Source: Phormidesmis sp.
Lineage (GTDB): Bacteria; Cyanobacteriota; Cyanobacteriia; Leptolyngbyales; Leptolyngbyaceae
Assembly: GCA_965248535.1 (NCBI GenBank)
Contig: CBDFJR010000005.1
Coordinates: 192,001 to 256,000 of the forward strand
DNA: 64,000 nt
Reading direction: 5' to 3'
The first letter of the stretch is position 1, and each line of letters begins with the position of its first letter. Below are positions 48,657 through 58,914 of the stretch, one piece after another. The position numbers and the translations under genes are program-made. The notes under the pieces were generated by a model that made no database searches, was not told the DNA's origin, and worked only from the letters and a program-made list of their open reading frames with translations.

Positions 48657-49706
48657 TTAGTTAATATCCGCCAGGTCAATTCTTGGATCAACCGCTTTTA
48701 ACATCAGATCAGCAATCAAGTTGCCTAAAATCAGCATCACTGCGCCCATCATCAGACTAGCCATGACCAAATATAAGTCTTGCACTTGAACCGCCTGTAA
48801 AATCAATCGCCCCAACCCCGGCCAGTTAAAGAAAAACTCAGTGATAAACGCGCCGCTTAACAAGTTGGCAAACTCAAACCCGAGCAGCGTCACGATCGGG
48901 TTAATCGCATTTCTAAGCGCATGGACGTAGATGACTCGATTTTCAGGCAGCCCTTTAGCCCGTGCGGTTTGAATGTAGTCTTGCCGCAACACGTCGAGCA
49001 GTTGCCCCCGCATGATGCGCTGCAACCCAGCAAAGCTAGAAATGCTGAGGGCGATCGTCGGCAAAATCATGTGCCAACCGACATCGACGATTTTGCCCAA
49101 AACCGATAAATCGGCATAATCAATGCTGGTCATATCACCGACCGGAAACAGGGGTGATGTGTTTTGAGCCAAGATCAGCAGCAGCAGCGCCGTAATCAGA
49201 CTGGGAAACCCCTGACCCGTGTAGCTCAAGACTTGCAAAATGCGATCGACCCAACGCTGTTGATAGATCGCAGCCGCAATGCCCATCGGAATCGCGATCG
49301 CCCAAGTCACCACCAGCGACGAAATCGTGATGAGCAGCGTTGCCGGAACCCGTTCGATCAACAGCGACACCACCGATCGGTTATAGGCAAAACTCGTGCC
49401 AAAATCTCCCTGAGTGACAATGCGCCACAGCCACAAAAAATACTGTTCTGCCCAAGATTTATCCAAACCAAACTGCTGTCTGAGTTGCTCAATCCGTTCG
49501 GGCGAAATTTTGGGATTTTCTCTGAGCGTATCGAGATAGTCGCCCGGCGATAGCTGAATGATAAAGAAACTCAGCGCCGAGGCCAAGATCAGGGTCAATA
49601 GCGCTTGCAGCAGCCGCTTTGCCACAAATATTGAGGTGTCGCTGGTGATTGCGTCGGTGAATCGCTCCCAGATCGATCGGAGGTGTCCGAGGACAGATAC
49701 AGTCAT
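48657..49706 (-). CDS. Peptide ABC transporter permease (OppB family)
   Basis: SPGDY, GDFGTS, DYIQTARAKG, HALRNA, FNWPGLG, VDPRI. Confidence 0.92.
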   Translation of the reverse strand: MTVSVLGHLRSIWERFTDAITSDTSIFVAKRLLQALLTLILASALSFFIIQLSPGDYLDTLRENPKISPERIEQLRQQFGLDKSWAEQYFLWLWRIVTQGDFGTSFAYNRSVVSLLIERVPATLLITISSLVVTWAIAIPMGIAAAIYQQRWVDRILQVLSYTGQGFPSLITALLLLILAQNTSPLFPVGDMTSIDYADLSVLGKIVDVGWHMILPTIALSISSFAGLQRIMRGQLLDVLRQDYIQTARAKGLPENRVIYVHALRNAINPIVTLLGFEFANLLSGAFITEFFFNWPGLGRLILQAVQVQDLYLVMASLMMGAVMLILGNLIADLMLKAVDPRIDLADIN

Positions 49707-49764
49707 GGTGGGTCAGGGTTCAGGGGTTCAGGGTCAAACAGGGAATGCCAGTTAGTCTTTTATC

Positions 49765-50277
49765 CTAATACTCAACCAGCGTGATGATCGGCACTTGGGG
49801 AAGCTGCTGTCGCCCGTTGAGGTCTTTTAGCTCGATCACAAAGGCACAGCCCACCAACTCACACCCAGTTTGTTGAATCAGTCGCGCCGTGGCTCCGGCA
49901 GTGCCGCCTGTGGCGATCAGATCGTCTACCATCAAAATTCGTGAACCCGGATGCAGCGCATCTTGATGAATCTCTAAGCAATCCGTGCCATATTCCAGTT
50001 GATATTCAACTGAGTGAACGGCAGCAGGCAGTTTGCCAGGCTTGCGAACGGGGATAAACCCAACCTGCATTTTATAAGCCAAGGGCGCACCAAAAATAAA
50101 GCCGCGAGACTCCATGCCCACAATCAGATCAGGGTTCAGTTCGCGGCACTTTTCAGCCAAGGTGTCGATCGTATAGGTCAGCCCTGCCGAATTGCTTAAC
50201 AGGGTTGTAATGTCTTTAAATAAAATGCCGGGTTTAGGAAAATCTGGAATTTCGCGAATCAGAGATCTGAGATCCAT
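49765..50277 (-). CDS. apt: Adenine phosphoribosyltransferase
   Basis: [41 protein letters not shown]. Confidence 0.97.
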   Translation of the reverse strand: MDLRSLIREIPDFPKPGILFKDITTLLSNSAGLTYTIDTLAEKCRELNPDLIVGMESRGFIFGAPLAYKMQVGFIPVRKPGKLPAAVHSVEYQLEYGTDCLEIHQDALHPGSRILMVDDLIATGGTAGATARLIQQTGCELVGCAFVIELKDLNGRQQLPQVPIITLVEY

Positions 50278-50512
50278 AAAAGTCTAAAGACACTAAGGTA
50301 TGAGTTGGGTTATCTCACACCTTGGCTCACTTGTCATCTCGATCGCGTCACCCAATCAACCAAAATGAGTTCTAATCGTGAGTGAATTTGAGAGGTTTTG
50401 ACGGGAACGATCGCCGTTTATTGAGCAAACCTGCTTCTCTAAAAACTGATATCCTAAAATTAGTCAACGACCGATAAAGCGAACTAGAAATCCCGACAAT
50501 CACTGGAGTTTG

Positions 50513-50872
50513 ATGACCCTTAAGGAGCAAATTAATCGACAGCGAGTTCAACATATTGTCAGCAGCTATCAGCTAGAAGGCGACGAAGCGGAAGCGTTTT
50601 CTGACGATTTAGAAGCCCTGCTGCACACCTATGGGATGCCGTTAATTGAGTTAGCCCTGGTCGAAACTCTGGTGGTTAATTGGATGAATGTGCCGATGCA
50701 AAAAGGCGTTTTATTTTTGCGACAAGTCCACGATCGCTTAAAAGATTGGGAAACTCACGCCATTTCTAGCAGCTTAACGCCCCAAGAATTTCAGCAGATT
50801 ACTGGGTTAGATCCCAGTCCGATTTTTGGCATCTCTGAGTTTCCGCCCCCCTCGATTGCTCGCTCTTGTTAA
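50513..50872 (+). CDS. Conserved hypothetical protein
   Basis: HIVSSYQL, LIELALVE, FQQITGLDP; GGAG upstream. Confidence 0.7.
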   Translation: MTLKEQINRQRVQHIVSSYQLEGDEAEAFSDDLEALLHTYGMPLIELALVETLVVNWMNVPMQKGVLFLRQVHDRLKDWETHAISSSLTPQEFQQITGLDPSPIFGISEFPPPSIARSC

Positions 50873-51564
50873 TTCGCTCGTTCGTCTTTCCACAGTCTTG
50901 CTTTAGCAACGGTTGCCACACCCCTAACTCGAATGCCCTGCTGATGTAAAATTTGGACAGTAGCTTGAACGGTTGCACCCGTCGTATAAATGTCGTCTAG
51001 CAGCAGAACCGGATACTTGGGCTTTTCTTTTTGAAAGGCTTTGCCAATCTTAAAGGCCTGACGCAGGTTTTGTTGGCGTTGAGCAGCCGAGAGGTTAAAC
51101 TGTGCCTCAGTTGACCGGATTCGCTCTAGCCCATTGACCTGCATTGAATAACCTGTCAATTGACAAAAACGTTGGGCAATTAACTCTGCCTGGTTATAGC
51201 CCCGCAGCCGACGCTTGTCAGCATGCATCGGAATCGGCACCACAATCACGGGCCCCCGATCGAGACCCGCCTCTAGCCAAGCCTGCGCTAACCATTGCCC
51301 TAAAGGGCGCGCAATTTGAGACTGACGATCGTATTTAAGCTGCCCGATCGCTTGCTTCACGGTTCCGGTATACCAGCCCCAGGCAAAGACAGCGGGGTGC
51401 TGATGCCAAAACTGGGTTGGGTTAGGAAGCTGACTCTGCCATAGCTGCCGCGTGCAGTTATCACAAAACTCTGTCGGGGTGGCGCGTTGACAAAGCGGGC
51501 AGTCCGATTTAAGAAAGAGATTGAGCAGCGATCGCACAGCAGAGATCCTCAAAAAGTCCGTCAC
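50869..51564 (-). CDS. comF: ComF-family competence protein
   Basis: CPLC...C..C zinc ribbon, LKY, VPIP, RGYNQAE, LLDDIYTTGAT. Confidence 0.92.
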   Translation of the reverse strand: MTDFLRISAVRSLLNLFLKSDCPLCQRATPTEFCDNCTRQLWQSQLPNPTQFWHQHPAVFAWGWYTGTVKQAIGQLKYDRQSQIARPLGQWLAQAWLEAGLDRGPVIVVPIPMHADKRRLRGYNQAELIAQRFCQLTGYSMQVNGLERIRSTEAQFNLSAAQRQQNLRQAFKIGKAFQKEKPKYPVLLLDDIYTTGATVQATVQILHQQGIRVRGVATVAKARLWKDERAN

Positions 51565-51680
51565 AAGACGTGGTTAACGTGCCCAAACTCAACCCGAATA
51601 TTTATTAAGTGTTGAGCAATTCACGAGTGTGGGATCAGTGTTTTAAGATCAATCAGACTTCGTTTCAATCACTCTGACGT

Positions 51681-54104
51681 GTGGATAATCTTTACTGGAT
51701 CGACCAGATCTCATCAAATCAGCATCCGCAGGTCGGCGATCGTGCCTTGCACCTGAGCCACCTGAGGCAGAAGGGATATCCCGTCGTTCCTGGGTTTGTG
51801 CTCTCTGACCACTGGTTTCGAGCGTTTTTAGACACGATCGAGTGGTCAGATCCGCTCTTTTTTGACCTTGCTCACTCATCGCTGCGGCTCAACGTCGAAG
51901 ACGCAAGACAACTGCAAGCGATCGCGCAGCAAATTAGACAGACCCTTTTGGCCACCCCATTGCCGATCGAGTGGGCAGTTGAGCTAGAAGCGATGACCAA
52001 AGCGCTACAGGTTGAGACGGAAGATGAACCCGATCAGCCGCCTGCCGCAGCCGTGATTTTGCGGCCATCGCTGGCGCTGGCCTCCTCAAAACTGAGCGCT
52101 CTAAAGACACCCTTGCCGCCTGAAGCGGCCGATCTGTTAGAGTCGCAAGTCTGCTGGTCAGATCCGATCTCTCTAGAAAATGGCTTAAAGCAGCTTTGGG
52201 CAGAGATGTTTCGGGCGAGAAACCTGATCTATTGGCAGCGAGCCGATATTTCACTTCACCAGATTCACTTGGCGGTGCTGGTGCAGCCGATCGGAGCCGC
52301 GATCGCGTCTGGCTATCTGCAAAATCCGCAAACTGATTGGGAGATTCTCGCCACTTGGGGGCTAGAACCCGCGATCGCCCACGGCGAAGTCTCACCAGAT
52401 CTCTATCGACTCAATATCGACAACAGCACCGTGTCTTCTCAAATCCTGGGCAATAAGACGGTGGCCTATCGCTTGGGCTGCCCAGACGAGCCAGTGGCTG
52501 CTCAACCGGGTCAACGGGGGTGCCCCGCGCTGCAACTCAACCCATTGAGTGACGCTCAAGATCAGCAGTTTGTTTTAGACGCTGACCAGTTGCAGCAGTT
52601 TGTGCAGCTTGCGCGCCGATTGACCGCAGATTTTGGGTCACGGCTCTTATTAGAATGGGTGCTCTATCGCACGGGTCAACACCCTGCCCGGCTTTACCTG
52701 ACCCAAATTAAAGTGCAAGATCACGATGCTTTGATGGCTCAAGACTCGATCGAGCCTGGTCTGACTAACCTAGATGACCCTCTTAATCAGGGGTTTGGCA
52801 TCCCGATCGTGTCTGGGTTAGCCGCCGCATCAGGACGCACGATCGCCCAAGCCAGCGTGATCACCCACCTTCAACCCTTGCCCACCGACCTCAAACCTGG
52901 CACCCTCTTGGTCACGTCGGTGATCATGCCTGACTGGTTGCCGTTGCTCAAACAGGCAGCCGGGGTGATTGCCGAGCAAGGCGGAATGACTAGCCACGGT
53001 GCTATTATCGCCCGCGAGTTAGGCATCCCAGCGGTGGTGGGGGCGATTATGGCAACCCGACGCATCAAGACAGGAGATTTCTTGCTGATCGATGGCAGTC
53101 AGGGAATGGTCTATGAGGCAACGGCGGCGCTAAAGCGCGAGTTTGACGATCGCCAGTCCGCAGAAACGCTGCTTCATCAAGCGGCGGCTGCAACCCCAAA
53201 GGTCAAACCCCCGATCGCAACTCAGTTAATGGTGAATCTTAGCCAGTCTGAGCGGCTCGATCACGCGGCAAGTCTGGCAGTCGATGGCGTGGGGTTATTG
53301 CGCTCTGAGCTAATGGTGATGGATATCTTAGACCAGCAGCATCCGCAGCTATGGCTGCAAACTGGACGAAAAGCCAAACTCATCGATCGCCTCTCTACCC
53401 AGATCAGCAAATTTGCCTGTGCATTTGCGCCGCGCCCTGTTTTTTATCGGTCTCTAGATCTACGATCGCACGAGTTCCGATCCTTAGAAGGCGGCGATGT
53501 GCCCTTTGAGACTAACCCGATGTTGGGAATGCGGGGCACCCTGAGCTATGTGCTTAACCCCGATCTGTTTGAGGCAGAGCTTGCGGCTTTGAGCCAGGTT
53601 TATCGATCGGGCTATTCTAATGTGCACTTAGTGTTGCCCTTTGTGCGAACGGTGGAGGAATTTATCTTTTGTCGGCAGCGAGTTGAGCAAGCAGGGCTAA
53701 CTGACCATCCCGACTTTCAGCTTTGGATTATGGCAGAAGTGCCCTCTGTGCTGTTCTTATTGCCTGAATATGTGCAGGCTGGCGTGCAGGGCATCGCGAT
53801 CGGCACTAGCGATCTAACGCAGCTATTGCTTGGGGTTGACCGCGATCAGGGGTTAATGGCGCTGACCTTTGACGAACATCATCCGGCGGTGCTGAGAGCG
53901 ATCGCCCAACTGATCGAGACGGCTCACAAACTCAACATTCCCTGCTCGATCTGTGGGTTAGCCCCGGTTCAATATCCCAGCTTGATTGATTCGCTAGTGC
54001 AGTGGGGCATCACAGCAATTTCTGTCAACCTAGATGCGGTTGAATCGACTTATCAGGCCCTCGACCAAGCTGAGAAAAAACGTCTGGGTAGGCTAAAGCG
54101 ATAG
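51681..54104 (+). CDS. PEP-utilising enzyme homologue (PpsA-like architecture, degenerate nucleotide-binding domain)
   Basis: PVVPGF N-domain; phospho-His motif GGMTSHGAIIARELG; DGVGLLRSE, ETNPMLGMRG, MAEVPS, IGTSDLTQ, SICG. Confidence 0.85.
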   Translation: MDNLYWIDQISSNQHPQVGDRALHLSHLRQKGYPVVPGFVLSDHWFRAFLDTIEWSDPLFFDLAHSSLRLNVEDARQLQAIAQQIRQTLLATPLPIEWAVELEAMTKALQVETEDEPDQPPAAAVILRPSLALASSKLSALKTPLPPEAADLLESQVCWSDPISLENGLKQLWAEMFRARNLIYWQRADISLHQIHLAVLVQPIGAAIASGYLQNPQTDWEILATWGLEPAIAHGEVSPDLYRLNIDNSTVSSQILGNKTVAYRLGCPDEPVAAQPGQRGCPALQLNPLSDAQDQQFVLDADQLQQFVQLARRLTADFGSRLLLEWVLYRTGQHPARLYLTQIKVQDHDALMAQDSIEPGLTNLDDPLNQGFGIPIVSGLAAASGRTIAQASVITHLQPLPTDLKPGTLLVTSVIMPDWLPLLKQAAGVIAEQGGMTSHGAIIARELGIPAVVGAIMATRRIKTGDFLLIDGSQGMVYEATAALKREFDDRQSAETLLHQAAAATPKVKPPIATQLMVNLSQSERLDHAASLAVDGVGLLRSELMVMDILDQQHPQLWLQTGRKAKLIDRLSTQISKFACAFAPRPVFYRSLDLRSHEFRSLEGGDVPFETNPMLGMRGTLSYVLNPDLFEAELAALSQVYRSGYSNVHLVLPFVRTVEEFIFCRQRVEQAGLTDHPDFQLWIMAEVPSVLFLLPEYVQAGVQGIAIGTSDLTQLLLGVDRDQGLMALTFDEHHPAVLRAIAQLIETAHKLNIPCSICGLAPVQYPSLIDSLVQWGITAISVNLDAVESTYQALDQAEKKRLGRLKR

Positions 54105-54116
54105 AAATTTCAGCGA

Positions 54117-54827
54117 TCAAAACCGCAGCGAGTCTACCGATCGCAGACGCTTAGAATCAGGTTTCCAGTAAGCGGCGATCGCGAGATTGACCTGCTTAAG
54201 CGGCACATATAAAGCACTCACCAGCAGAAAAGTCAGGGCGATCGTCAGCAGAGGAAGCTTTGCCAGCACATCTTCTAAAATGGTCGTGGCTAAGGTATCT
54301 AAGTGCGTCACAAGATCCCAACTGTTAAAGCGCAAAAACCGACCCAGATAAATGCCAAGGGCACTCAAGGCATGAATTGCCAACTCAGTTCCGACAATAT
54401 AGCGACCCAACCCGCGCTGTTTGAGATAATAGCCCACGTTGATCAGCGACAAAACATAAGACTCAAACCCCGCAAAGATAAACGCCCCATAAAGCGGAAT
54501 CAGCACCAGCGTGATCAGCCAAACTGAGTCAGCGTGCTGCACATCGTCAATGAAGTGAATGACATCGGTCAAAATATAAGGGGCGTTGGGTAAGAAGGCA
54601 ACGAATATCAAAACGCCTAACCACCAGAGCCACGATCGATGGCGGCGATGCAGCGACATAGGCGGCATGGCAATCGGTGACGACCCCAGTTGAGCACGGC
54701 GAAACAGCAGGGCGCTGAGAATGAGGGGCACGATCGCCAAAAACAAGTTCCAACTCATCCAGCGAGCGTTGTCGTGAAAAATTTCGAGGGCATTTATCAG
54801 CACGTATTTAATCGTCCAAAGTTCCAT
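54117..54827 (-). CDS. DUF1361-family membrane protein
   Basis: WNLFLA, FLPNAPYILTDVIH, GIYLGRFLRFNSWD. Confidence 0.85.
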   Translation of the reverse strand: MELWTIKYVLINALEIFHDNARWMSWNLFLAIVPLILSALLFRRAQLGSSPIAMPPMSLHRRHRSWLWWLGVLIFVAFLPNAPYILTDVIHFIDDVQHADSVWLITLVLIPLYGAFIFAGFESYVLSLINVGYYLKQRGLGRYIVGTELAIHALSALGIYLGRFLRFNSWDLVTHLDTLATTILEDVLAKLPLLTIALTFLLVSALYVPLKQVNLAIAAYWKPDSKRLRSVDSLRF

Positions 54828-54978
54828 AGGTCAAGAGACACAACAATCAGGTCAGTGACGGTGGCCCATTTATATCCCAGGGGTGCGCGTCTAGCCTGTA
54901 GTCTAAAGACTGAACTTGTCATTACCATGACGGATGGATAACGGTGCTGTTCAACGGGTTAGAAAATTTTCAGAAATC

Positions 54979-56214
54979 ATGTCTAATCAAGACCAGTCAA
55001 CTCTTAAAGCCTTGAGCTTTTTTTCTGGATGTATGGGGTTAGACCTAGGGCTGGAAAAGGAAGGCATCAAGGTGCTGCTCGCCTGTGAAGTCAACCCAGC
55101 AGCCCGAAAAACCCTGGAAACTAATCGTCCAGATATGGCGTTGATTGGGGACATCAGAGATTATTCAGCCGCCACCATTCGCGAAAAGGCAGGGTTGAGT
55201 TCGACTGAAGAGATTGATGTGATGGTTGGAGGCCCACCTTGCCAGGCGTTTAGCAGCGCAGGTAAGCGACAAGGGTTTAATGACGATCGTGGCAATGTTT
55301 TTTTGACCTTTATCGATTTGATCACTGAACTTAGACCCCGATTTGCGGTGATCGAAAACGTTCGAGGTCTACTGTCTGCTCCGCTCCAGCATCGACCTCA
55401 TGAACTGAGAGGAAGTCAATTTCCCTCTTTATCTCACGATGAGCAGCGGGGAGGGGCCTTGCTTTTCATCACTCAAAGGCTCAGAGACGCGGGATATAGT
55501 GTCTCCTTCACCCTATACAACGCTGCCAACTTTGGGTCGCCGCAACAGCGGGAACGAGTCGTTATCACTTGCAGTCGTGATGGCGAAAAACTTCCCTATC
55601 TCACGCCGACTCACTCGGAAACAGGGTTGCATGGGCTGCCCCGATGGCGCACCTTAAGAGAAGCTTTGGCAGGATTGCCCAACGATGCGCATCATTTCGT
55701 CAAGTTTCCTGAGAAACGACTCAAATACTACAGGCTTCTAAAACCTGGACAATATTGGCGGAACTTGCCTGTGGAGTTGCATCAAGAAGCGCTTGGAGCG
55801 TCGTATCATGCAAGCGGCGGAAAAACTGGTTTTTATCGGAGGTTAGCCTGGGATAAGCCTTCCCCAACACTGGTGACTCACCCGGCCATGCCTGCGACCG
55901 ATTTGGCGCACCCCGAAGCAGACAGACCCCTCAGCATTGAAGAATATAAGCGAATCCAGGAATTTCCCGATGACTGGATCATTGAGGGCAATTTGCTGGA
56001 TCAATATCGACAGGTTGGCAATGCGGTGCCCTGTTCGTTAGGACGAGCGATCGCTCAGATGTTGCTGACTCACCTAAAGGGTGAACCTCCGATCGTCTAT
56101 CCAAACTTTCCGTATTCGCGATATCACAAGACCGACGATGTGAGTTGGACGGTTGAAACGTTGGGCTATCTTGAAGAGCGATCGGAAACCCAGCTTTCTC
56201 TGGATTTAGTCTGA
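54979..56214 (+). CDS. C5 DNA cytosine methyltransferase (M.SinI/M.AvaII-like)
   Basis: FFSGCMG (I), GGPPCQAFS (IV), IENVRG (VI), QQRER (VIII), QVGNAV (X); [13 protein letters not shown]. Confidence 0.92.
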   Translation: MSNQDQSTLKALSFFSGCMGLDLGLEKEGIKVLLACEVNPAARKTLETNRPDMALIGDIRDYSAATIREKAGLSSTEEIDVMVGGPPCQAFSSAGKRQGFNDDRGNVFLTFIDLITELRPRFAVIENVRGLLSAPLQHRPHELRGSQFPSLSHDEQRGGALLFITQRLRDAGYSVSFTLYNAANFGSPQQRERVVITCSRDGEKLPYLTPTHSETGLHGLPRWRTLREALAGLPNDAHHFVKFPEKRLKYYRLLKPGQYWRNLPVELHQEALGASYHASGGKTGFYRRLAWDKPSPTLVTHPAMPATDLAHPEADRPLSIEEYKRIQEFPDDWIIEGNLLDQYRQVGNAVPCSLGRAIAQMLLTHLKGEPPIVYPNFPYSRYHKTDDVSWTVETLGYLEERSETQLSLDLV

Positions 56215-56967
56215 CGACTCAGCCAATAATTTCCACGGGTTATTGGTTTCCACTGCTAAAGCCTCTGGATTTTGTATCAAAACCTGCTCAACAAACCTAA
56301 CAAAGTTCTCTTCGGAGAAACGATGTGTGTCATATTTTTCGTTGAAATACGACCATTGATAAAGTCCTGTGTTTGCTTCAACTTTGTGCCATTTTTCAAT
56401 GGGCTGGTTGATTCTCACCCTAGAAGACGCGCTGTTTTCTGAATTGCTGCGGTTTTTCACTTGCAAGAGAGAACCATCTACGTTGCAAAAATCGACGTGA
56501 CGAACAGATTCGCCCCAGCAGCAGTGCCAACCGTATTCACCTAACTGTTCAGCCAAAAATTCTTCAAGCAGTAACCCCTGAATATTCTCTGCTGACATTG
56601 ATAGTCTATGAGCATACTTGATCTGCTCAAGATGCTGGGCTGTCAATCCAGTCAATCGGGTCTTGATAAGGGTGTTGATAATTGGATCTGCAACAGTTCT
56701 TAGAGGATTAGAAATACGCTGAGAAATCCTGCTCTCGAAGCTTTCTTGATACTTTTTTAACCATGCTCTAGCGACAGATTTCAGATCTGTTCCTCTCACC
56801 TTCTTAGGACTGGGAGAAAGTCCTGGATTTTTGTAGCAGGCGGTTAAAATCGCACGGTGAGCTTCTGATAATGGCAGGCCTTGCTGGAGGAAGGCATTTT
56901 CAAAGATCTTTGAGAAGGTGTCTGCGGAACTAGAGGCACTGATGATGTCATCAAAGGTAAAAGGCAT
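56206..56967 (-). CDS. Type II restriction endonuclease, SinI/AvaII family (probably GGWCC)
   Basis: [41 protein letters not shown]; convergent with the methyltransferase, 9-nt overlap. Confidence 0.82.
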   Translation of the reverse strand: MPFTFDDIISASSSADTFSKIFENAFLQQGLPLSEAHRAILTACYKNPGLSPSPKKVRGTDLKSVARAWLKKYQESFESRISQRISNPLRTVADPIINTLIKTRLTGLTAQHLEQIKYAHRLSMSAENIQGLLLEEFLAEQLGEYGWHCCWGESVRHVDFCNVDGSLLQVKNRSNSENSASSRVRINQPIEKWHKVEANTGLYQWSYFNEKYDTHRFSEENFVRFVEQVLIQNPEALAVETNNPWKLLAESSD

Positions 56968-57039
56968 GAAAATCTTTCCTTTCTGGACATTAAAACACTC
57001 ATCAAAAGTGCCCAGATCAGACTTCACAATTCAGGTCAT

Positions 57040-57074
57040 AAAAAATAGGATAAGCAGCTTTCACTCCTTATCCC
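57040..57074 (-). terminator. Intrinsic terminator downstream of petG
   Basis: GGATAAG...CTTATCC stem with a T-tract on the minus strand; second hairpin TTCAAATG/CATTTGAA at 57081-57109. Confidence 0.55.
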
Positions 57075-57135
57075 AATGGCTTCAAATGCTCTAGTGCAAG
57101 ACATTTGAACCGAAATCTTGCCGACGCTCTACGCT

Positions 57136-57249
57136 CTACATATTGAGGCGGTTGTCACGGCGATATTGAGTGTAGGCAGCGACAAACAGCCCAGCCAGTG
57201 TAATGGGAACCAAACCCAACACAATGCCTATCAGAATTGGCTCAATCAT
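57136..57249 (-). CDS. petG: Cytochrome b6f complex subunit V (not in the ORF track)
   Basis: [45 protein letters not shown]; divergent from cytM. Confidence 0.95.
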   Translation of the reverse strand: MIEPILIGIVLGLVPITLAGLFVAAYTQYRRDNRLNM

Positions 57250-57474
57250 CGGTGCTCTCCTAATTTTTTAAGGGTTTGATACAGTCGATCGGGATAACCT
57301 TAGTCTCTATCTTAAGCCTATCAGTCTGCAAAATCTCAACTCAACTAGCCTCTAGGGGCAGAGTTAGGCTCTGGCTTGAGGTCTATATTTCTATACAAAG
57401 CGTGACGAAAGTTGTTAAAATCTGTTTAGTTAATGAACGACATTCCGCGCAATCATTTCGGTTAGTTAAGACTT

Positions 57475-57849
57475 TTGAACGAGCAAACCGTTAAACCTGA
57501 GAGCCTTGGGCAGAAAATCGTGTTGATCGCGCTGGTGACCATGCTGGCGATCGTGATGACAATTTTTGGGTTTAGGCAGCTACACAAGCCCAATGCCTAT
57601 GTGCGCGAGGTGTTGTCTCGATCGGGTGACGCGATTCAGGGGCACGCCATTTTTCAGATGAATTGTGCAGGCTGTCATGGCTTGACGGCAGATGGCAAAG
57701 TCGGCCCCAGTCTCAAGGGGGTTTCGGCTCGCAAGTCTTCTACGGGGCTAATCGATCAGGTGGTCAGTGGCAAAACTCCTCCCATGCCTCAGTTCCAGCC
57801 AAGTCCGCAAGAAATGGCAGATGTGTTGAGCTACTTAAAAAGTCTTTAA
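57475..57849 (+). CDS. cytM: Cytochrome cM
   Basis: N-terminal TM, NCAGCHG heme motif, VGPSL, GKTPPMPQFQP. Confidence 0.9.
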   Translation: MNEQTVKPESLGQKIVLIALVTMLAIVMTIFGFRQLHKPNAYVREVLSRSGDAIQGHAIFQMNCAGCHGLTADGKVGPSLKGVSARKSSTGLIDQVVSGKTPPMPQFQPSPQEMADVLSYLKSL

Positions 57850-58864
57850 AGAAAAGATGTCATCGAAACCCCGTGCGTTCACGCCGGGGAGGGATAGCGA
57901 CGGGTCGACAGCCCCAATCTCCTACGTCGCTCACAGGATAAATGCTATAATGTGAGACATGACGCAGAAAGCCTTCAAGTACCGCTTCTATCCCACGCCT
58001 GAGCAAGAAACCTTGCTGAGACGCACGATGGGCTGTACTCGTTTGGTATATAACCGTGCCCTCGCCGCTAGGACAGAGGCTTGGTACGAGCGTCAAGAAC
58101 GAGTTGGGTATAGCGAAACTCTGCCATGCTGACCGCGTGGAAGAAGGTAGAAGACCTGCAATTCCTCAATGAAGTAAGCTGCGTTCCTCTGCAACAAGGA
58201 TTGCGCCATCTCCAGAAAGCGTTTAGCAACTTCTTTGGAAGGTTGCCAACCCTAAAGGCTTTGCCGCTAAACGCCGCAAACTGCGTCGAGCGCAAAAAGC
58301 GTTGAGTCGTAAGCAAAAAGGGTCGAACAACCGACACAAAGCTCGGATCATTGAAGTCGCTAGAGTCTATGCAGAGATTAGCGATGCGAGAAATGATTTT
58401 CTTCACAAGTTGACGACTCGATTGGTGCGTGAAAACCAAACCATCGCCGTTGATGATTTGGCTGTGAAGAATATGGTCAAGAATCGGAAGCTGGCTAAGT
58501 CCATCAGCGATGCTGCATGGTCTGAGTTGGTCAGACAGCTCGAATATAAGTGCGACTGGTATGGTCGTAGCTTTGTCAAGATTGACCGATGGTTTCCGAG
58601 TTCTAAGCGGTGTGGGCATTGTGGTTACATCGTGGATAAGTTGCCGTTGGAGATTCGAGACTGGGACTGCCCCAGTTGCGGGACACACCATGACCGAGAC
58701 ATTAACGCAGCAAATAATATTCTTGCGGCAGGGCTTGCCGTGTCAGTCTATGGAGCGAACGTAAGACCGGATCAGCATTCGCTTTGAAGGCAGTTGCAAT
58801 GAAGCAGAAACCTAAGTCGCGAGTCTTAGGAATCACCGCTCCTTTAGGACGGTGAGGATGTCAA
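57850..58864 (+). mobile_element. IS200/IS605-family tnpB-only (IS1341-type) element, decayed
   Basis: Left-end hairpin GAAA-CCCCG-TGCG-TTCA-CGC-CGGGG; right-end GAAT-CACCG-CTCC-TTTA-GGA-CGGTG-AGGATG-TCAA; no tnpA; left boundary uncertain by a few nt. Confidence 0.88.
57959..58787 (+). pseudogene. tnpB: TnpB pseudogene
   Basis: MTQKAFKYRFYPTPEQ; frameshift near 58120; internal deletion near 58238 removing the RuvC-I (GIDLG) region; IAVDDL, zinc finger C..C/C..C and HDRDINAA remain. Confidence 0.9.
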
Positions 58865-58884
58865 CTCCTACCGGATCACAAGAT
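58720..58884 (+). ncRNA. Predicted omegaRNA/reRNA scaffold plus guide (5' end approximate)
   Basis: TnpB reRNA derives from the right end; hairpins CCTAAG-N8-CTTAGG and the RE stem; the guide would start at 58865, after TCAA. Confidence 0.55.
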
Positions 58885-58914
58885 TCTAAACTGCATCGCT
58901 AGCTTAGATCACTG

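Noticed and set aside
49708..49743. GGTTCAG-like heptamer iterations
   Set aside because: Only three or four degenerate units; ordinary STRR-like intergenic filler.
58068..58691. 207-aa minus-strand ORF
   Set aside because: Antisense shadow of the tnpB pseudogene.
58302..58787. tnpB fragment as a functional nuclease-dead TldR-type regulator
   Set aside because: The gene is frameshifted and has lost a large internal segment, which fits decay rather than clean catalytic substitution.
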